A stretch of DNA of 64,000 bases, taken from the NCBI GenBank assembly GCA_977862235.1, contig OZ374564.1:1488001-1552000 (forward strand), read 5' to 3'. A program made the translations under genes and the position numbers. Below, in pieces: positions 10,810 to 23,965 of this stretch (within the stretch, counting starts at the first letter, position 1; each line of letters opens with the position of its first letter). Source of the stretch: Dudresnaya verticillata (Eukaryota). The notes beneath the pieces were generated by a model that had not been told where the DNA came from, ran no database searches, and was given only the letters and a program-made list of their open reading frames with translations.

Positions 10810-13800
10810 CCTCGTTCCCAGTCGTACCAGAACTTGACTGCGCTTGCCGTGCGATCCAGTCCCAGAGTGGAACATAGTCCATCCTCTCCGTAAACGTGCT
10901 ATTCGAATTTCTCGAGAAGGTGTTGTACATGCCATATAGAGAGTTTAACGATCGCGTTTGGGGAAAAGTAAGAACTATGGCATTGCCGCTCCGATAATCT
11001 CAAATCGCAGGTGTAATTCCACATCAGTATCATCACTGAACTTAACGCAATTGACAGGCGAATTACTTCTCAGTTATATCATTAAGTTTCCCCTGAGATC
11101 TGTTTGTTCTTAATTCATTACTATCTGGAACCATTTGTTGAAGTCTGTAGGCTTTCTGACTCCATGATTACTACAGAATCACGCAAAAAACTTGCTAAGA
11201 GATGTGGAGAATGGAATGTTTCTAATACTCAAGCACGACCGGTTAAGTAGGATTGCTCAAGACGACAGACAATCCAGTGCCGGCTACTGTGATATTAGTG
11301 GGGTCCAAGTGATGGATGGATACATTCGGCAATGAGGTGAATTGATCTGGATAAAGGAGGCTTCCGATTCGCAACTGGATGTGGCAAGGGAGGCAGATGA
11401 GATGAGTTATAGAAGCACATCGAAAGGGACGGGGACAAGGGCGATGCACGATCAGTGAGCAGTGAGCATGTGAGACTTTGACAACAAGTTCTTATCATCC
11501 AACGCAGGTTCTGTCCCAGAATCATTGACTAATACTTATCTCTTCGCGTTGGGTGCATTGACGTAAGAAGTACAAGGAAATCCTGTCCAATAGCTGGCAA
11601 CGTCGGGTCGGACCGCCATGCGGCTGGCATGCGTTCGAAGAAAGAGGAGCCATAGCGGAGTGGCCTTTCTGATATCAACCGTACACGCCTTACACATCTT
11701 CCGTCCTTCGCAGTTCCGTAAGCAGAACTAGCACCCCGCCATTTCAATGCCTCCCAAAAAGTGTTGCTTAGTCCCTGAAATTCGCGACCACTCGGGATGC
11801 AAGTTGGATCTGAAGTAGCAAATCAAAGCCTTGCTCCTCACTCTATCCCGCCTTAGAAATCATGATTCTGATATTCCTCGAGCGGCACTCCCAGAAAATG
11901 TTTCCTCCGGAACCGTATGTAACGAAACAAAAAAATGGTGGCCCTTTGTGGTATTTTTAGTGGGGAGAATTGTATCGTTCAGTTTCAGCTTCAGATGTAA
12001 ACGCATGTGCAACTCAATCCGTTCCTACTAGGGTTCGAACCGAGGCGTCATTGTCTTAACTAGATCCTTCGTGTAACTCAGACGCAGAATCTTGCAATGC
12101 AGACTGGTAATACAATTTTCTTAAAGTCGTTAAAAGGAGTCAGGAGAAAAGATTGCTGATAGAACGAGCAATGGACATAATGCAACGCATTTGGTGCTTC
12201 CAATTGTCATCATCATTTCTGGCGTAGCTCAGCAGGCGAGGAATAAAGAGAGGCTCATTTTTCTTTCTGTTTAAACTGTGGCTCAGGTATCCCGAGCTTC
12301 TGTCTTGTCAGTATCAGGATAACAGTGCAATTCTCTCCCCTTGTCTGGCTTAGCGAAAGAAGCTGGATTAAGCAATGGAAGAGGGGAATGGCAATACCAG
12401 GAGACGGCCTGACGAACCCTGGTAGCGAAGTTGCAGGTTTGTCCTTCATGGCGTGAGCCACACACAATGAAGGAGTGTAATTTTTGCCTGTCGACGAAGT
12501 TTCGGGCATTGATGGAGGTACAGTAACATGGTAGGTACAACAATAGCGACTTCGTTTCATTCCACGCCCAGAGTTGTCTACAAGGATCATTCCCTCTTCC
12601 CGATAGAAACTCTGTCCCGTTGGGACTAGTAGAAGCAAGGAAGCATGGCTATTGAGAGAGGAAAGCTCTTTCCATCGACATCCATGGTATGACCCCCACT
12701 GCCACCACCTTCGTGCACGCTGCATCTCAATTTTCTAGTGGAATAACGGTTTCCAGAAAACACCTCAATCCCATTCGGATCTTGTGCCACGTCTAAATAG
12801 AATACAACAACACATCTATTAGCCTCAGCTTCATATTTCTCTCCGGTGTGCAGCGGAGTAACGTCTGGTCATATTTTCTCGCACATAATTTTCAGCAGAG
12901 GGCGGGGGTGTTGTCAAGACGTGCGACTGTGGTTTCATTTCACGAATGCTGTGGCTCGAAAGTACTTTTGATGTAATCAATTCCTGAGGGGTCAAACTCC
13001 CGGGCCCGGGGGAGAGGAGGTTCAACCCTCGGTCGGCATGTGTTGATGGCTAGATGAACATATGAGTCTAGGTGTCGTTTAATGGACAGGCTTTTGCAAA
13101 GGATGTATGACGTCCGAAGTATTGGAGCAAAATTGAAGCCCTTATTGGGGGCAAAACGGCTGTATCGTAAACATGTTCCTGACTATCTTTCTGAAGAATG
13201 CGTGAGAGAAGAGCGAGTTGAAGCCAATGTAAACCCTGTACTACAATTTCGGAACCCGTACACTCCGCAGACAGACATTCAAGCAACATACAGCAAAGAA
13301 GCATTTAACGGGTGAGAAGTCTATGGTATGCCTGCATCAAGGACGCCGATTGTAACTCTTTCGCGGTTAGGCAGGCAACAAGCCGCCACCCAGTTGTTTG
13401 CTCCGTCAGCTTTAATGCGAACACGACTTCCATGCAGCGGATGCGGTTCACTGAAGGCCGACGTGTGGACCGTGAAAGCAATCCTACACATAGGCGAGAG
13501 TACCGAGTACGTCACCCAGCTAATGGAAAGCTTCGGTGAGCAAGATCTCAAGAGTTCTCAGTGTTATCGAGGCTGTACGGGAGAACATTAATACCACGCC
13601 GTCATCTGCATTAAAACCTGTTGCGAAGCCGCTCGTGAGGTTTTCATGGGGACGCACCCTGCGATTGTTGCCGAAAAGCAACGTTTATCTGAGCCAACGA
13701 CAACGGATTTTCAGTATGAGCACTCGACGGCTTCCAATAGCCTTTTTCGGCCCATTTGGCGAAATTCTACACCTCGCTGTGTACAGTCACCTCCCCCTTT

Positions 13801-14266
13801 TGGCGATGGAAACGCGTAGCTGTTCCCAATAGCCCCATCTTTCCACGGCGCTGCAGCGTTATGACATCATTTTATGGGTCGTAAAGTGATAATTCCCCCG
13901 TCATGCCAAGGGCAACTGTCGCAATAAGGAGTCTCCTGGAGACGGGAAAGTAGCCTGGATGGCCCTTGTACGCAAGACATGTTGATCTCCTGAAAGGCCC
14001 CGTGCATGCAGTCGCCGCCCCACCACAGAGAGACGGTACCTATATATTCGAGTGTATATAAGTGATGGAGGGAGGCCGTGGCGGACATAGACAGATTCCT
14101 CATCACCGGAACAGTTCTTCCCCACGCTCCTGCCACTCTGCAGGCTTGGATAAAGGTCATCACTCGTAGTACTTCGTCATATCTTGTACTTGCGTTATCC
14201 CTTCCTTTTCGAGCCTCTACCTCACCTGCTCTTCTCCCGCCAGACCCTGGAAGAAATTGCCCCACT

Positions 14267-14896
14267 ATGCATCTCAGGATCACCGTGGCTGCTACAGCCC
14301 TCCTTATCGGTCTCTCGACAATCTATGCCGCCCAGCTGGGTACTCCTATCGAAGAGAGTCTGAAAAACTCTTTGCAACTGCTGGATTCAACGGCACAACG
14401 ACTTCAACTTCCGCAGAAAGCTGTGAATTGTATCAAACTTCAGATGAGTAGGTACGATTCTGGTTTGAGAAGCCGGAAACAGGACCTACTCGATACACCG
14501 CAATACTCTTCGCTCATCTCTCGTGTCGTGTCGAAATGTTTGCAGGAAATGAATGATGCCAAGTCGGCTCTCGCTACGCATGCAATCAGGAATGGGAAAC
14601 ATCCGAGTATCAGAATGAATCGTGCGGTTGGAACATGCGGAAGTGAGAGCCATTTCTGCTGCATAGGAAAGACGAGAGTAGCTCGAAAGTTCTGCTTTCG
14701 CTTGTACTGCCCAGGAATATCCCCCAAGTGCAACAATGGGGGCACTGGGAGTGATGCAAAGCCATCTATGACACCTGAACCTGGAACATGTGAGAGTGGG
14801 AAGCATTTCTGCTGTGCATCGTCGATCACAGGATCAGCTGCAACTGCTCTTTGCTTTGGTACTTACTGTGCAGGGATTGCCCCAAATTGTCGATAA
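14267..14896 (+). CDS. Secreted cysteine-rich precursor, 209 aa: signal peptide, pro-region and two 6-Cys modules
   Basis: ATG 14267 begins MHLRITVAATALLIGLSTIYAA (signal-like). Modules are CGSESHFCC-x10-CFRLYCPGISPKC and CESGKHFCC-x12-CFGTYCAGIAPNC. Uninterrupted ORF. TATATAA near 14055. Confidence 0.85.
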   Translation: MHLRITVAATALLIGLSTIYAAQLGTPIEESLKNSLQLLDSTAQRLQLPQKAVNCIKLQMSRYDSGLRSRKQDLLDTPQYSSLISRVVSKCLQEMNDAKSALATHAIRNGKHPSIRMNRAVGTCGSESHFCCIGKTRVARKFCFRLYCPGISPKCNNGGTGSDAKPSMTPEPGTCESGKHFCCASSITGSAATALCFGTYCAGIAPNCR

Positions 14897-17800
14897 GTAT
14901 CGACAGGTATGGTGACGGCTTCATCGGTACTCTATTGAGGAAATGATGCCCAGACTGGATCAGGAGAAATGTTGCATGACTGGTCTTGGGAAATAGACAT
15001 TAGAAAGGTTATCCAATCTTGATGAAAAACCTCGCCATACGCCGTCTGCATGCCCAGAATACGGTTGGCATGTGCGCTCTGTATGACGACGTTGTCCGAG
15101 TATCGAAGATACATTCGATGTTGCAGCTTTTAGCTTTGTCGGTTGTTGAGTCTTTTTTGTAGCTAGTAGAGATTCCTCTTCCTCTTGGGCCCTCTCAGGA
15201 TCCATAGAAAACAAATATAAGACCATGATGATGAGTTGCGATAGGGAATAGATTTTGTGTTGCGCTCATTTCTATTAAAGTCATTGTGAATGTCATTTAG
15301 TTGTTCTATGAAGGCAGAAATGGAGATGGAGATCTTTTTGCATAGGAAAGACTACACCCCCATAAAGGGCCCTAACAAAACTCATGTTAAAGGCGACGGT
15401 CGAAGAGTGAACGGCGGTTAACAGCCACCGCGACAGATTGAAGCAACAGAGAGGTGGGGTGGGTTAGAAGAGGGAGTTTATCGGCTCTCGGCGAAGTACC
15501 CTTCATGCAGAAACGGATAGGATTGACAGATACCCTTTCCCAGCAGACAAATCGAAACAAAGACAAATTTACCCGATGTCATTTCCTTGCAGAACATACC
15601 ATGAATACATGTTCATACATCACATGGATGCTTTGAAAGGCAAACTGCATGGGCTGGGGTAGGCCTTGCCTTATTACGATGGATATCCTAAACATAAACG
15701 ATTTGGGAATTTTGACGCGCTGGGGTAGGGGGGAATGTTATCACCAACTTCCATAGGGTTGTGCAGAAGCACTCCGTCTAAACTGATGAATTGACCCGAT
15801 AGTGTCAGATACCAAGAAACGCTATCGTATTCGCATCATATTGAACATCAACGTACTTGATCTGCGGCCAGCAACGCCCCGATAGCGCGTCCTTGTCAGC
15901 CTCGAGATCTATCCACAGACATGAGGTAAGTTTACGTTATCTTGCAATGGTTTTACACGCTCACGGACAGTCTCCAAAACGGTTTGCGCAACGAATGTGG
16001 CTTGGGGGACATACCTGTCTACCACAGTTACCTATTCTGGACAAGTGAAAGGCATATGAACCAGCGATTGAGAGCTACCCTTGTGTCCTAGCTTTCGATG
16101 CAGCATCTTATCGCAACGGAGCAAACAAAATGATACTGTAGTAAATGTTTGAGCATGAGTGGCACGCCTGCACCCTCGGGATTACAATTTGCAGATGCAT
16201 GAAACCAGTATTGCAGAATGGGACAAAGTGTGTCGCAATGTGCTACATACAGTACATTGCCTAGTCTTATGATAGTAGCAATAAAATGCACAGACCGATC
16301 AGCTCGTTGGCAAGGGAAAGACGACGGAACGTTGCGGCAGCGGTGAGCGAGAGGAGTACCCAAAAACGAGACGTCTGTCATATTTTGCAGACTGCCCTTT
16401 AATCACTGCCGTACAGTTGGATACGTACAGAGTTTAGTACGTCGAAGTTGCGAATTTTTGCTATCCTTTGTAGATCTGTATGACAGAGAGGGTAAAGATT
16501 AGAGGGAGCTCCAACCTTTCAAGTTAGAAGTTAAAACAAAAAGGAGATTGGTTTAGAATACTGCTCTCCTCAGCTCGAAATTCTTAGCGCGCGTGTGTTC
16601 AGGTCTCACGAAGCGCAATACAAGCGCACACACTGCAGGCCTTCGTGATGATTGCCTTTTGTTGTTTGTGCTTTTCAGTGCCGATGAGTGCAACCTCTCT
16701 CTATGTGAAGGATGCAATTCTTGTCCAACGGCTTCAAACAATACCGACCCTATAAGGAATCAAATGAGAGAATGTCGCATTGCCTCTGTTCGTTTGGGGA
16801 CAATTGATTTTGGATATTGACCAAGAAAGGATCCGGCTGCAGCGGATACCGAGTTTGTTGGTGTTACCGTTTCAATGGAGGCGCATCATTAATGATCTGT
16901 ACAAGAGCTGAACCGTGGGTCGCAGATAATGATCTTCACAGTAGACGTGCGATATCCTCCTGATAGGGACTGTTTATGAAGTCGACACAGCTGTGCCCTC
17001 ACAAGAGGATTGATCGTGCTGTGCTATAACAATCATCATGTAGGACATTACTCATCAAGGATACCCCTTGAATATTCGCAAGGATGTAGAGGTTCACATG
17101 AACTTCATAGAAAGTGCAACTTGACTCTGTTTCAGGAGGATCTGCAAAAAGCCTCTTCAACGCATAAAAACACATATAACGGACGGGCAGTGTATTTAGA
17201 TTCTCATTACTCCCGTTGATGAGCACAATAGTACAGTGCATATGTATGTCAAGGCAAACTGGTCTGTCCCGCGAGGTTAAGTATGGGGAGTCCCCACTGG
17301 GGACACTGCATCTTTTTGGTACAGATGCGTAGTCAAACCGCGGGCGCCTCTCCAGACTTCTAAGAGGAACGTGAGGACATAACTTGTGCCCGGCCGCTCA
17401 AAATGATCGTTGCTTCACTGGGTCACTTTTACCACTCATAACCTTCTAACCTTCACCACGTGGATTGCTGTCATGACACGCGGGCAACTTTGCGTGGCAG
17501 TTGCTTACATGATCTGTCTGTCTTTCGTCCGCCGGAATAAGTTGTTTGAGAGACCAAGCCTTTGGACTGACACGTCTCGAATTCACAGTGAGCAAAGGTG
17601 TCGCGTGGGCAGCAAACATGCTGTTGCTTGCCAGCAGCAAACAGCAAAGGAATGACACTGTCCGTGGCCCCCTTTAGGTCTTTGTGGGTTGTAGTGAAGT
17701 GCTTTTGAAATGTACGCTTGTTGTATGTTCCCCAATCGAAAGGCGAGATCATGAACAGTTTGCTGAACCGCGTTCGCGAGTTCAATTGCTGCGAAGTCAA

Positions 17801-19619
17801 TCATAGTGAGTGCAACTGCGCTCTCATCGCAAGAGCCACGGCTTTCAACGGCGGCTCATCACCAACGTTGAGGAAACGTACTGCGTACTGTACCGCAATT
17901 AAGAAGTCCAGGTGGAAGCGCATGAGCACACGCGTCGCAATTCTCTCGATTCACGTAGATGACAATAATCGGGAAAGTGGAACGAGGTTCACTGATAGCC
18001 TGAGCGGTTCTGACCAATGTGCGTTTCCACCTACAGACAGAAGGAGGACAGCACAAGGGGTAAAACTTGTTCCAGCCTCGAGGCACAATGCCCAAGCTCA
18101 TAGGCCTTGGTTGCCGATGCGATGGCACTTAAAACACCCGCTTCCACACAGTTTACAATCACAAAGGCGAAGCCGTGCGAAACTAAATAGTAAGGCCATA
18201 AACCGAGGAGTGCTGACCCCTTTGCGATGCAGCCGGGAAAGATTCGGTGTGAGTCGCGCGATATCAAGCCGCGCTTGAAGACTAGTGTGTTCCATAGTGC
18301 TTCGCACGCGCCGTTAGGTGCGGAAGTGCAACTTGGCGCGAAGACTGCGCTCGCTTAACTATCCGTAGATCGCGTATGCGGCTTGTTCAACACGTGTGTG
18401 GCTTTATGTCAATGCCTGCCGTCAGAATGTGCATCTACAGTCTACCCACCAAGAACCTGTCTGAAGTACAAACTTCGTTACCCTCATACTGAAGCGTGTC
18501 TGACGACGTACACACCGTGTTCGGCATGAATCAGGCTCTGCTTGTTGACACGGCTGTCGAGTCGCATTGAAGCTGGAAGCTTTTACTCGACGAATATCGA
18601 CGAATGAAAACAAACACTCCGCTGCTTGCCGCGGGATTGGAATTTTTTGTCTTTGCATTCGTTATACCCGTGGAACAAGCCTCGAGACTGAACACTTCGC
18701 GAAAGTTGCGAAGGTCTCATGAGGCACCCAACGCTCCTCACTGCTTTTTCCTTGGAAGGACGAACGACATGCACCGTACCAGAATGGAGGGCACGCGCCT
18801 TCCGTCTATGGGACTACTTCAGTCCCGGCTGCAGGTTCTTGTGAAAGCAAGTCAAGCATCGCAAGTGAGGAGCAGCATGGCGGGAACCGTTGAGTAAGCG
18901 AAAACGTACACATTCTTGGACAACGACGAGGTAAATCTGCGCGGTGTAATTCATCCCACTCCTTCTCCCAGCTGTTCAAGATCGAGACAGGAAACGCGGA
19001 GCCACTCGAATTCAATGACATGGAGGTCTTTCTGCCTTTCGACGATCAACAACCTTCTAGATCCACTCCAGTACTTTTTCCATAACAGCTTGCCTATCAG
19101 AACAGATGAGCCTGTGCCTTCCATCAATTCCACTGCTAACGAAGCCTCTGCAATTACATCAAAAAGCCTCGAAGGGACAGACTGTACGTGTAACAGAAGC
19201 GTATATGTTGGGGAACCACAGACCGGTTCGTCTGGATGTCGCCCCATTATTTTGCGCACTTCTCCAAACCCCCGGTAACAGCTATTGACGTCTTCATATT
19301 CGAAATTTCCCCAGCCCCTTGTACAGCAGTGCAACTATCTGTGCTGTCAATCGAATAGCCTCCCAATGTTTCAACCGCATTGCAGCCTTCTTTTTTCAGA
19401 AACTCCAGACTAGCTATTACGTTGTACTTGCTCGACATGGAGAAAGCGTATAAGGGCCTACGTTGTCTACAGAGTCCCACGGTAAACAGTTAAAACACAA
19501 ACTAGTATGCACCCTGGATGCAACGAACATTGATGTGAATTTACAAACATGAAGCAATCTCCCAGAGACGGCAACACAAAGCAATAATCTCGATGCCGAT
19601 ACAAACCGCGCTTTGTGAG

Positions 19620-21030
19620 GTTTGATTTAATGATCTTGTTTATAGTGGTCCCGCATGGGAAACTCAGGCCCTTTAGCAGGCGCTCTTCTGGCTGTTCGCT
19701 AGGCCGAGTGATGGGCCGGGTCCGGGCGGGGTCATTCTTCCTAGCATAGCGCTGGTATCACCGTGAGCGCTGTCGCTAGTACTGGACAACTGTACGGAGA
19801 GACCTGCAGCGCTGGCCCTGCCAGTTAATGTCTGTGAAATGCAGCATCATGGGGACGGAGGGCTTCCAGTTTGGTTTCAACATTTGGTCGGGTAGGCTAG
19901 TGGTACCGGGAACATTCTGAGGTGCAATTGTGTGGTCAGTTTTACGCCTTGGCGGTCCACAAGGAGGAGAGTGGGCGGCAAGTAAGTAGGTGGAGGGGTA
20001 CAGAAGGGCATATCTTCTACCTTGAAGCGCGTCAAGCCACGCGAGATAGATGCCGGACCTGTTCGTGGACTTCTCGGGCCTGAGCTGCATGGTGCGGCCA
20101 AGTTGTGACTCAAGGAGACGTTTCGAGGTCCGGGAGACTGCGATGCGCACCCCAGGAGGCGTTGGTATCGCTTGGGAGGACTAGCAGACTTTAGACGAGC
20201 GCAGCCGTTCTGTTGAGACTCGTTCTAATCGCTGTGCAATGCATATGCGGAGATATTGGGCGTCTAGATGGTCGATTGCGATTCTGCTTCGTTTGTGAGA
20301 GGGTCTACGGCGAGACAATGTTCATAGATTGGTTTGACGAACGCCTTGTATGCGTAGCGTACTGCATGCGAGTGTAATTATTGAAGACATAGATAACCAT
20401 ATCTAGCATTGTGCAGATTGCTTTCTTGGCACAGAGAGTGTGTTCCAATACTTTGAAAGCTCCTGCTCTATGGGATTTGATGTTGACTCCAACATCAATA
20501 CCGGGATTATCTTGGAAGGGATAGGCTTCCCTGCAATACAAAGCGCGGAACTGCCTGACCTTGTTCGATGGCGCCTTCGGCGTATGACCAAGCATTTCTT
20601 GGGAGACTGTCGCTCTCCAGCTTGTGATGGTAAACTTTTATTGGTTGTTTTAGGTGGTCCCGCTCTGGCGACTTAAAGGCCCATGTGCAGGCACACCAGC
20701 TTGTGCTGCAGGAAAGCTGCCCATTCGTCGCAAGACCCGAGTGCCTGGCACAGAGCGCAAGAGAATTTTATTCACATTCAGGATCAAACAGTCGTCTGCA
20801 AACAACTGACCTGGTAGGTCTTGATCGCATTGAGAAAGTTTCGAGCACAGCGAAGAAGTAGGCTGGTCGATGAAGAGACTGAACACGATTGGGCTAACGG
20901 GTGAGTCTTGTATCTGTGATCATAGTGCCACCACGCTATATATCTGCTGAACACGGTGTTGCGTTGCCTACCCCTGGACCGACAAGGTTCCTAGTTTGTT
21001 ACGGATCATGGCAGCGATGTGCGGATTGAT
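19620..21030 (-). mobile_element. Highly decayed LINE (RT and C-terminal region)
   Basis: RT motifs 'QDSPVSPIVFSLFID' and 'GQLFADDCLIL'. 'AIDHLDAQYLRICIAQR' matches 'AIDSLDAAFFRLFISQR' of the neighbouring LINE. The 3' hairpin at ~19650-19680 is shared with it. Confidence 0.75.
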
Positions 21031-21673
21031 CTCTCATGGAGGAGGGTGAGGAGTTTTGTGCTAACTGCTCAGGTATCAATAGTTGTAGTTATGGCCCATC
21101 AAGTTTTTTCGGAATATCGGAAGCCGCTGAGAACATGTACAAAGCCGCACATACTATAGTGCACTGCTGCAGTGCATCAACAGGAAAACGCAACAATAGT
21201 CAGAATGGCGCGGGAAGTCTCGGAGAGCTAGGTCTACAACACAGTGTCGCGATGCAAGAAGTTAATGTTAAACGAATGTTCGTTCAACTGTGTTGGCACT
21301 TCTGCGCAAATAGAGGTTGTCACCTCGTGCAGTAGCTAGCAGCAAGAGTTTCAGTCGTTGCTCATCCGTTTCTATGGTACAATGTTAATGACACCAATAC
21401 AAGAGCGCCAGTTTCATTCTCAAGGGCTTAGTGTCCAATACAATACGTTCGAGTTCACTCTGAGTTATAACTTGTAGAGCCCTCTCCGACGTGGCTAGCG
21501 GGGGATCTTTCAGTATCAATCAAAAAAGAAGAGAGAGTAATTTATTCAAAAAGAGACTAAACTAAAGCAAACCCCCTAGTAGAGGTTACGCATGCCTAGA
21601 TCGAACATTATTCTCCATTAGCTTGCGTTGTTTGACTGCTATTGAAGGACTTTTACTAGCGAAGCGAGGCAAG

Positions 21674-23709
21674 TGTTACACCTGAGCACCAGTTGCGATG
21701 TGATGCTTCATGTTTATTGATTTTTTTGGGTGGTCCTGCGCGGGCGACAAAGGCCCATTTGCAGGCGCACCGGCCCTAGGCCCGGCAAGGGCTGGGCGCG
21801 TTGCCCGTGTCACTTAAGGGGGTGGGAGGCGGCGTGGGGAAGGGTATTCCCTCTCACACAGCTGACGGATGGTGTCAATAGCCGATGACATTGCCATCAG
21901 GTCCGAAGAGGAAGGGGCATCCAGTGATAGTTTCTGTAGCAGTCTAGCAGAGTCCTGAAGAGTCTTGCGGGCGGTAGGGCACTTGGGTGGAATTGGAAAC
22001 GAACATAAGTGCCAGCGGATGGCGAGTAGGCGGTTTTGGTAGTCAGGGAGCATCAGCGCCGTGGGCAGGCTTGCGGTTTTGGAGACAGGGGCTGGTCGTG
22101 GGCCGGTGACGCAGATTTCCATTCGGCGATGCAATCCGTGTGCAGTGCTGGGAGGTTGGGAGAGTGCTGGGCCATGGTGCGGAGCGCACGGGTGCCGATA
22201 GTTGAGAGAGCCTGGAGGGTTTGGGTGGCGCGCCATCTGTAGAGGGAGTTAGGTGAATGGGCACTTCGTTGGAGGGACTTCACGAGCTTCGCTTGAACAA
22301 TGCGCTGGCGGAGATTCGGCGAGGGTATGCGGAACAGCGCTCTGAGCTTCCGTAGGCGCAGAGACGGCATCCGCGTGGTACGCTGTGAGATGAACAGTCG
22401 GAAGAACGCTGCATCGAGGCTGTCGATGGCTTCTGTGACAGTATTCGTGTAGGGGACTAGCGCACAGCCATGTTCGTAGAGGGGTCGCAAGAGGGTTTCG
22501 TAGACGAACTGACTGCAGGGGGTGGCATTCTAGCAGACACGAAACCCAAGTTTTAGAGCGATCGTAGCATACTCTTTGCTGGAGTGATCCGGGAAAGTGT
22601 TGAGTGAGTGGTCAGTCCCGTTGTTGACAGGGAAACGCCAGGATATGATACTGTGTCCCGGATCGGTAGTACCTCTCCAGCAAGTCGGAACTTGGTGGAT
22701 TTGCGTCGGCTGCGGTGGCGGTTGGGCAGGACCACGGCGCACTTGTGGGCCGACCATGTCATTTCAGCTTCGCGTGCCCATTGCTCGCATACTTCCAGAG
22801 CCTGTCGAAGTTCGTGAGGAGCGTTGACGTGCAGCAGGCAATCGTCAGCATACAGACGTCCTGGTGGGCGGCTGCGAGGGCGTTTCAGCTTCTCACAGAG
22901 GCGGTACAGTAGGCGAGTTCGTCTATGAAGAGATTGAAAAGAATTGGGCTGAGAGGTGAGCCTTGGACGATGTGCTATTCGGTCAGGACCCGCTGCGCGG
23001 TAACGGCTGCGCCGTGGAGCTTCCGACCTGATTCTGCTGCGCAGACAATGGCTGCGCCATTGAGCGACGTGGTGCCGCCTGGTCTGCGACCGGGTGCCAC
23101 GTGCAGCCACTTGGCTGATGTCGTAAGATAATATCAGATGACCTGGATTTATTCAATTTCTGACTGGTAGCTCAGAACCGGCGCCATGTGTGGCCCGCGG
23201 CCCACGTTGAACGCGGCAAGTCGATCTCCCTGTGCATTTCGCTGCCCGAGGCGCAGTTTCTCTGTCTTTTGTAGCAGGACGCGAACCGCGTTCACAATAA
23301 AGGCAGCCCTCTCTCTCGGCGAAATGACTGAGCAGAGAGATAGCGCCCTCTCACTGTTCCGACCTCCGTCTCCCTGTTCTCACCGCCGTCTCCCTGTTCT
23401 GACCTCCATCTCTCTGTTCCCCATCCTTTCCCTGACCGTACTGCACCTCCTACCAGCCTGCTATGCCCTTGCAGATTGCGTTCGAACCAAGCTGGAAATA
23501 TCCAGAACGATACTCCCGAGATCTGGGCTTCTTAGAGCTCATCCTCAACGGCTCAAGTCTCCACCTGGACGTTCGAAACACCCTTCGTTTGATCTAGAGA
23601 CTATTGCTCCACATTCAGGTCAGCTCCTACAATTTTCCAATATACGTGGGAAAGTTAATAGCAAAGCAATCCGCTTTGCCCACCGCGTCGCTGGCCCCAG
23701 GAATTCGCA
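21674..23709 (+). repeat. 5' LTR of element A, interrupted by a LINE
   Basis: 21674-21702 plus 22975-23709 align colinearly with 41177-42216. Ends ...CCCCAGGAATTCGCA. Confidence 0.85.
21703..22967 (-). mobile_element. 5'-truncated LINE with RT (YADD), frameshifted
   Basis: 'VQGSPLSPILFNLFIDEL', 'GRLYADDCLL', 'EVCEQWAREAEMTWSAHKC'. A-rich tail at ~21710-21727. Flanked by CGATGTG / CGATGTG (21696-21702, 22968-22974). Confidence 0.9.
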
Positions 23710-23965
23710 GTAATTACTTTCTTCTTATCTGCGGGGGAATCCGAAGGTAAAGCGTATGTCCGTGGTAACAGCCCTGTCACAAGTTCTTAATTATGCCGCC
23801 AAGGAGGAAGGCAACGACCACCGGCAGTGAAGCCGTGAGGTAAAATATTGTAGAAACCGTAGAAGCCCCGAGGCTGAAAGGAAGGAACACGCAAGACGTC
23901 GTTGCTTTCAAAGAAGAGCGCGAGATCTACGAGCACCGCGTCCAAGAGAAGAGTGCTTAGCATAA

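Noticed and set aside
13082..13591. 170-codon frame with one internal TGA
   Set aside because: No recognisable motif or homolog in the window.
14078..14266. N-terminal extension of the 272-aa ORF (and 6116-6196 of the 131-aa ORF)
   Set aside because: Non-ATG starts upstream of the ATG that begins the signal peptide.
16593..16965. Cys-containing short frames
   Set aside because: Cys spacing does not match the module, and the frames are fragmented.
18604..19480. Possible third secreted gene (MKTNTPLLAAGLEFFVFAFVIP...)
   Set aside because: Hydrophobic start, but no 6-Cys module and no sustained frame. It could be a decayed gene but cannot be supported.
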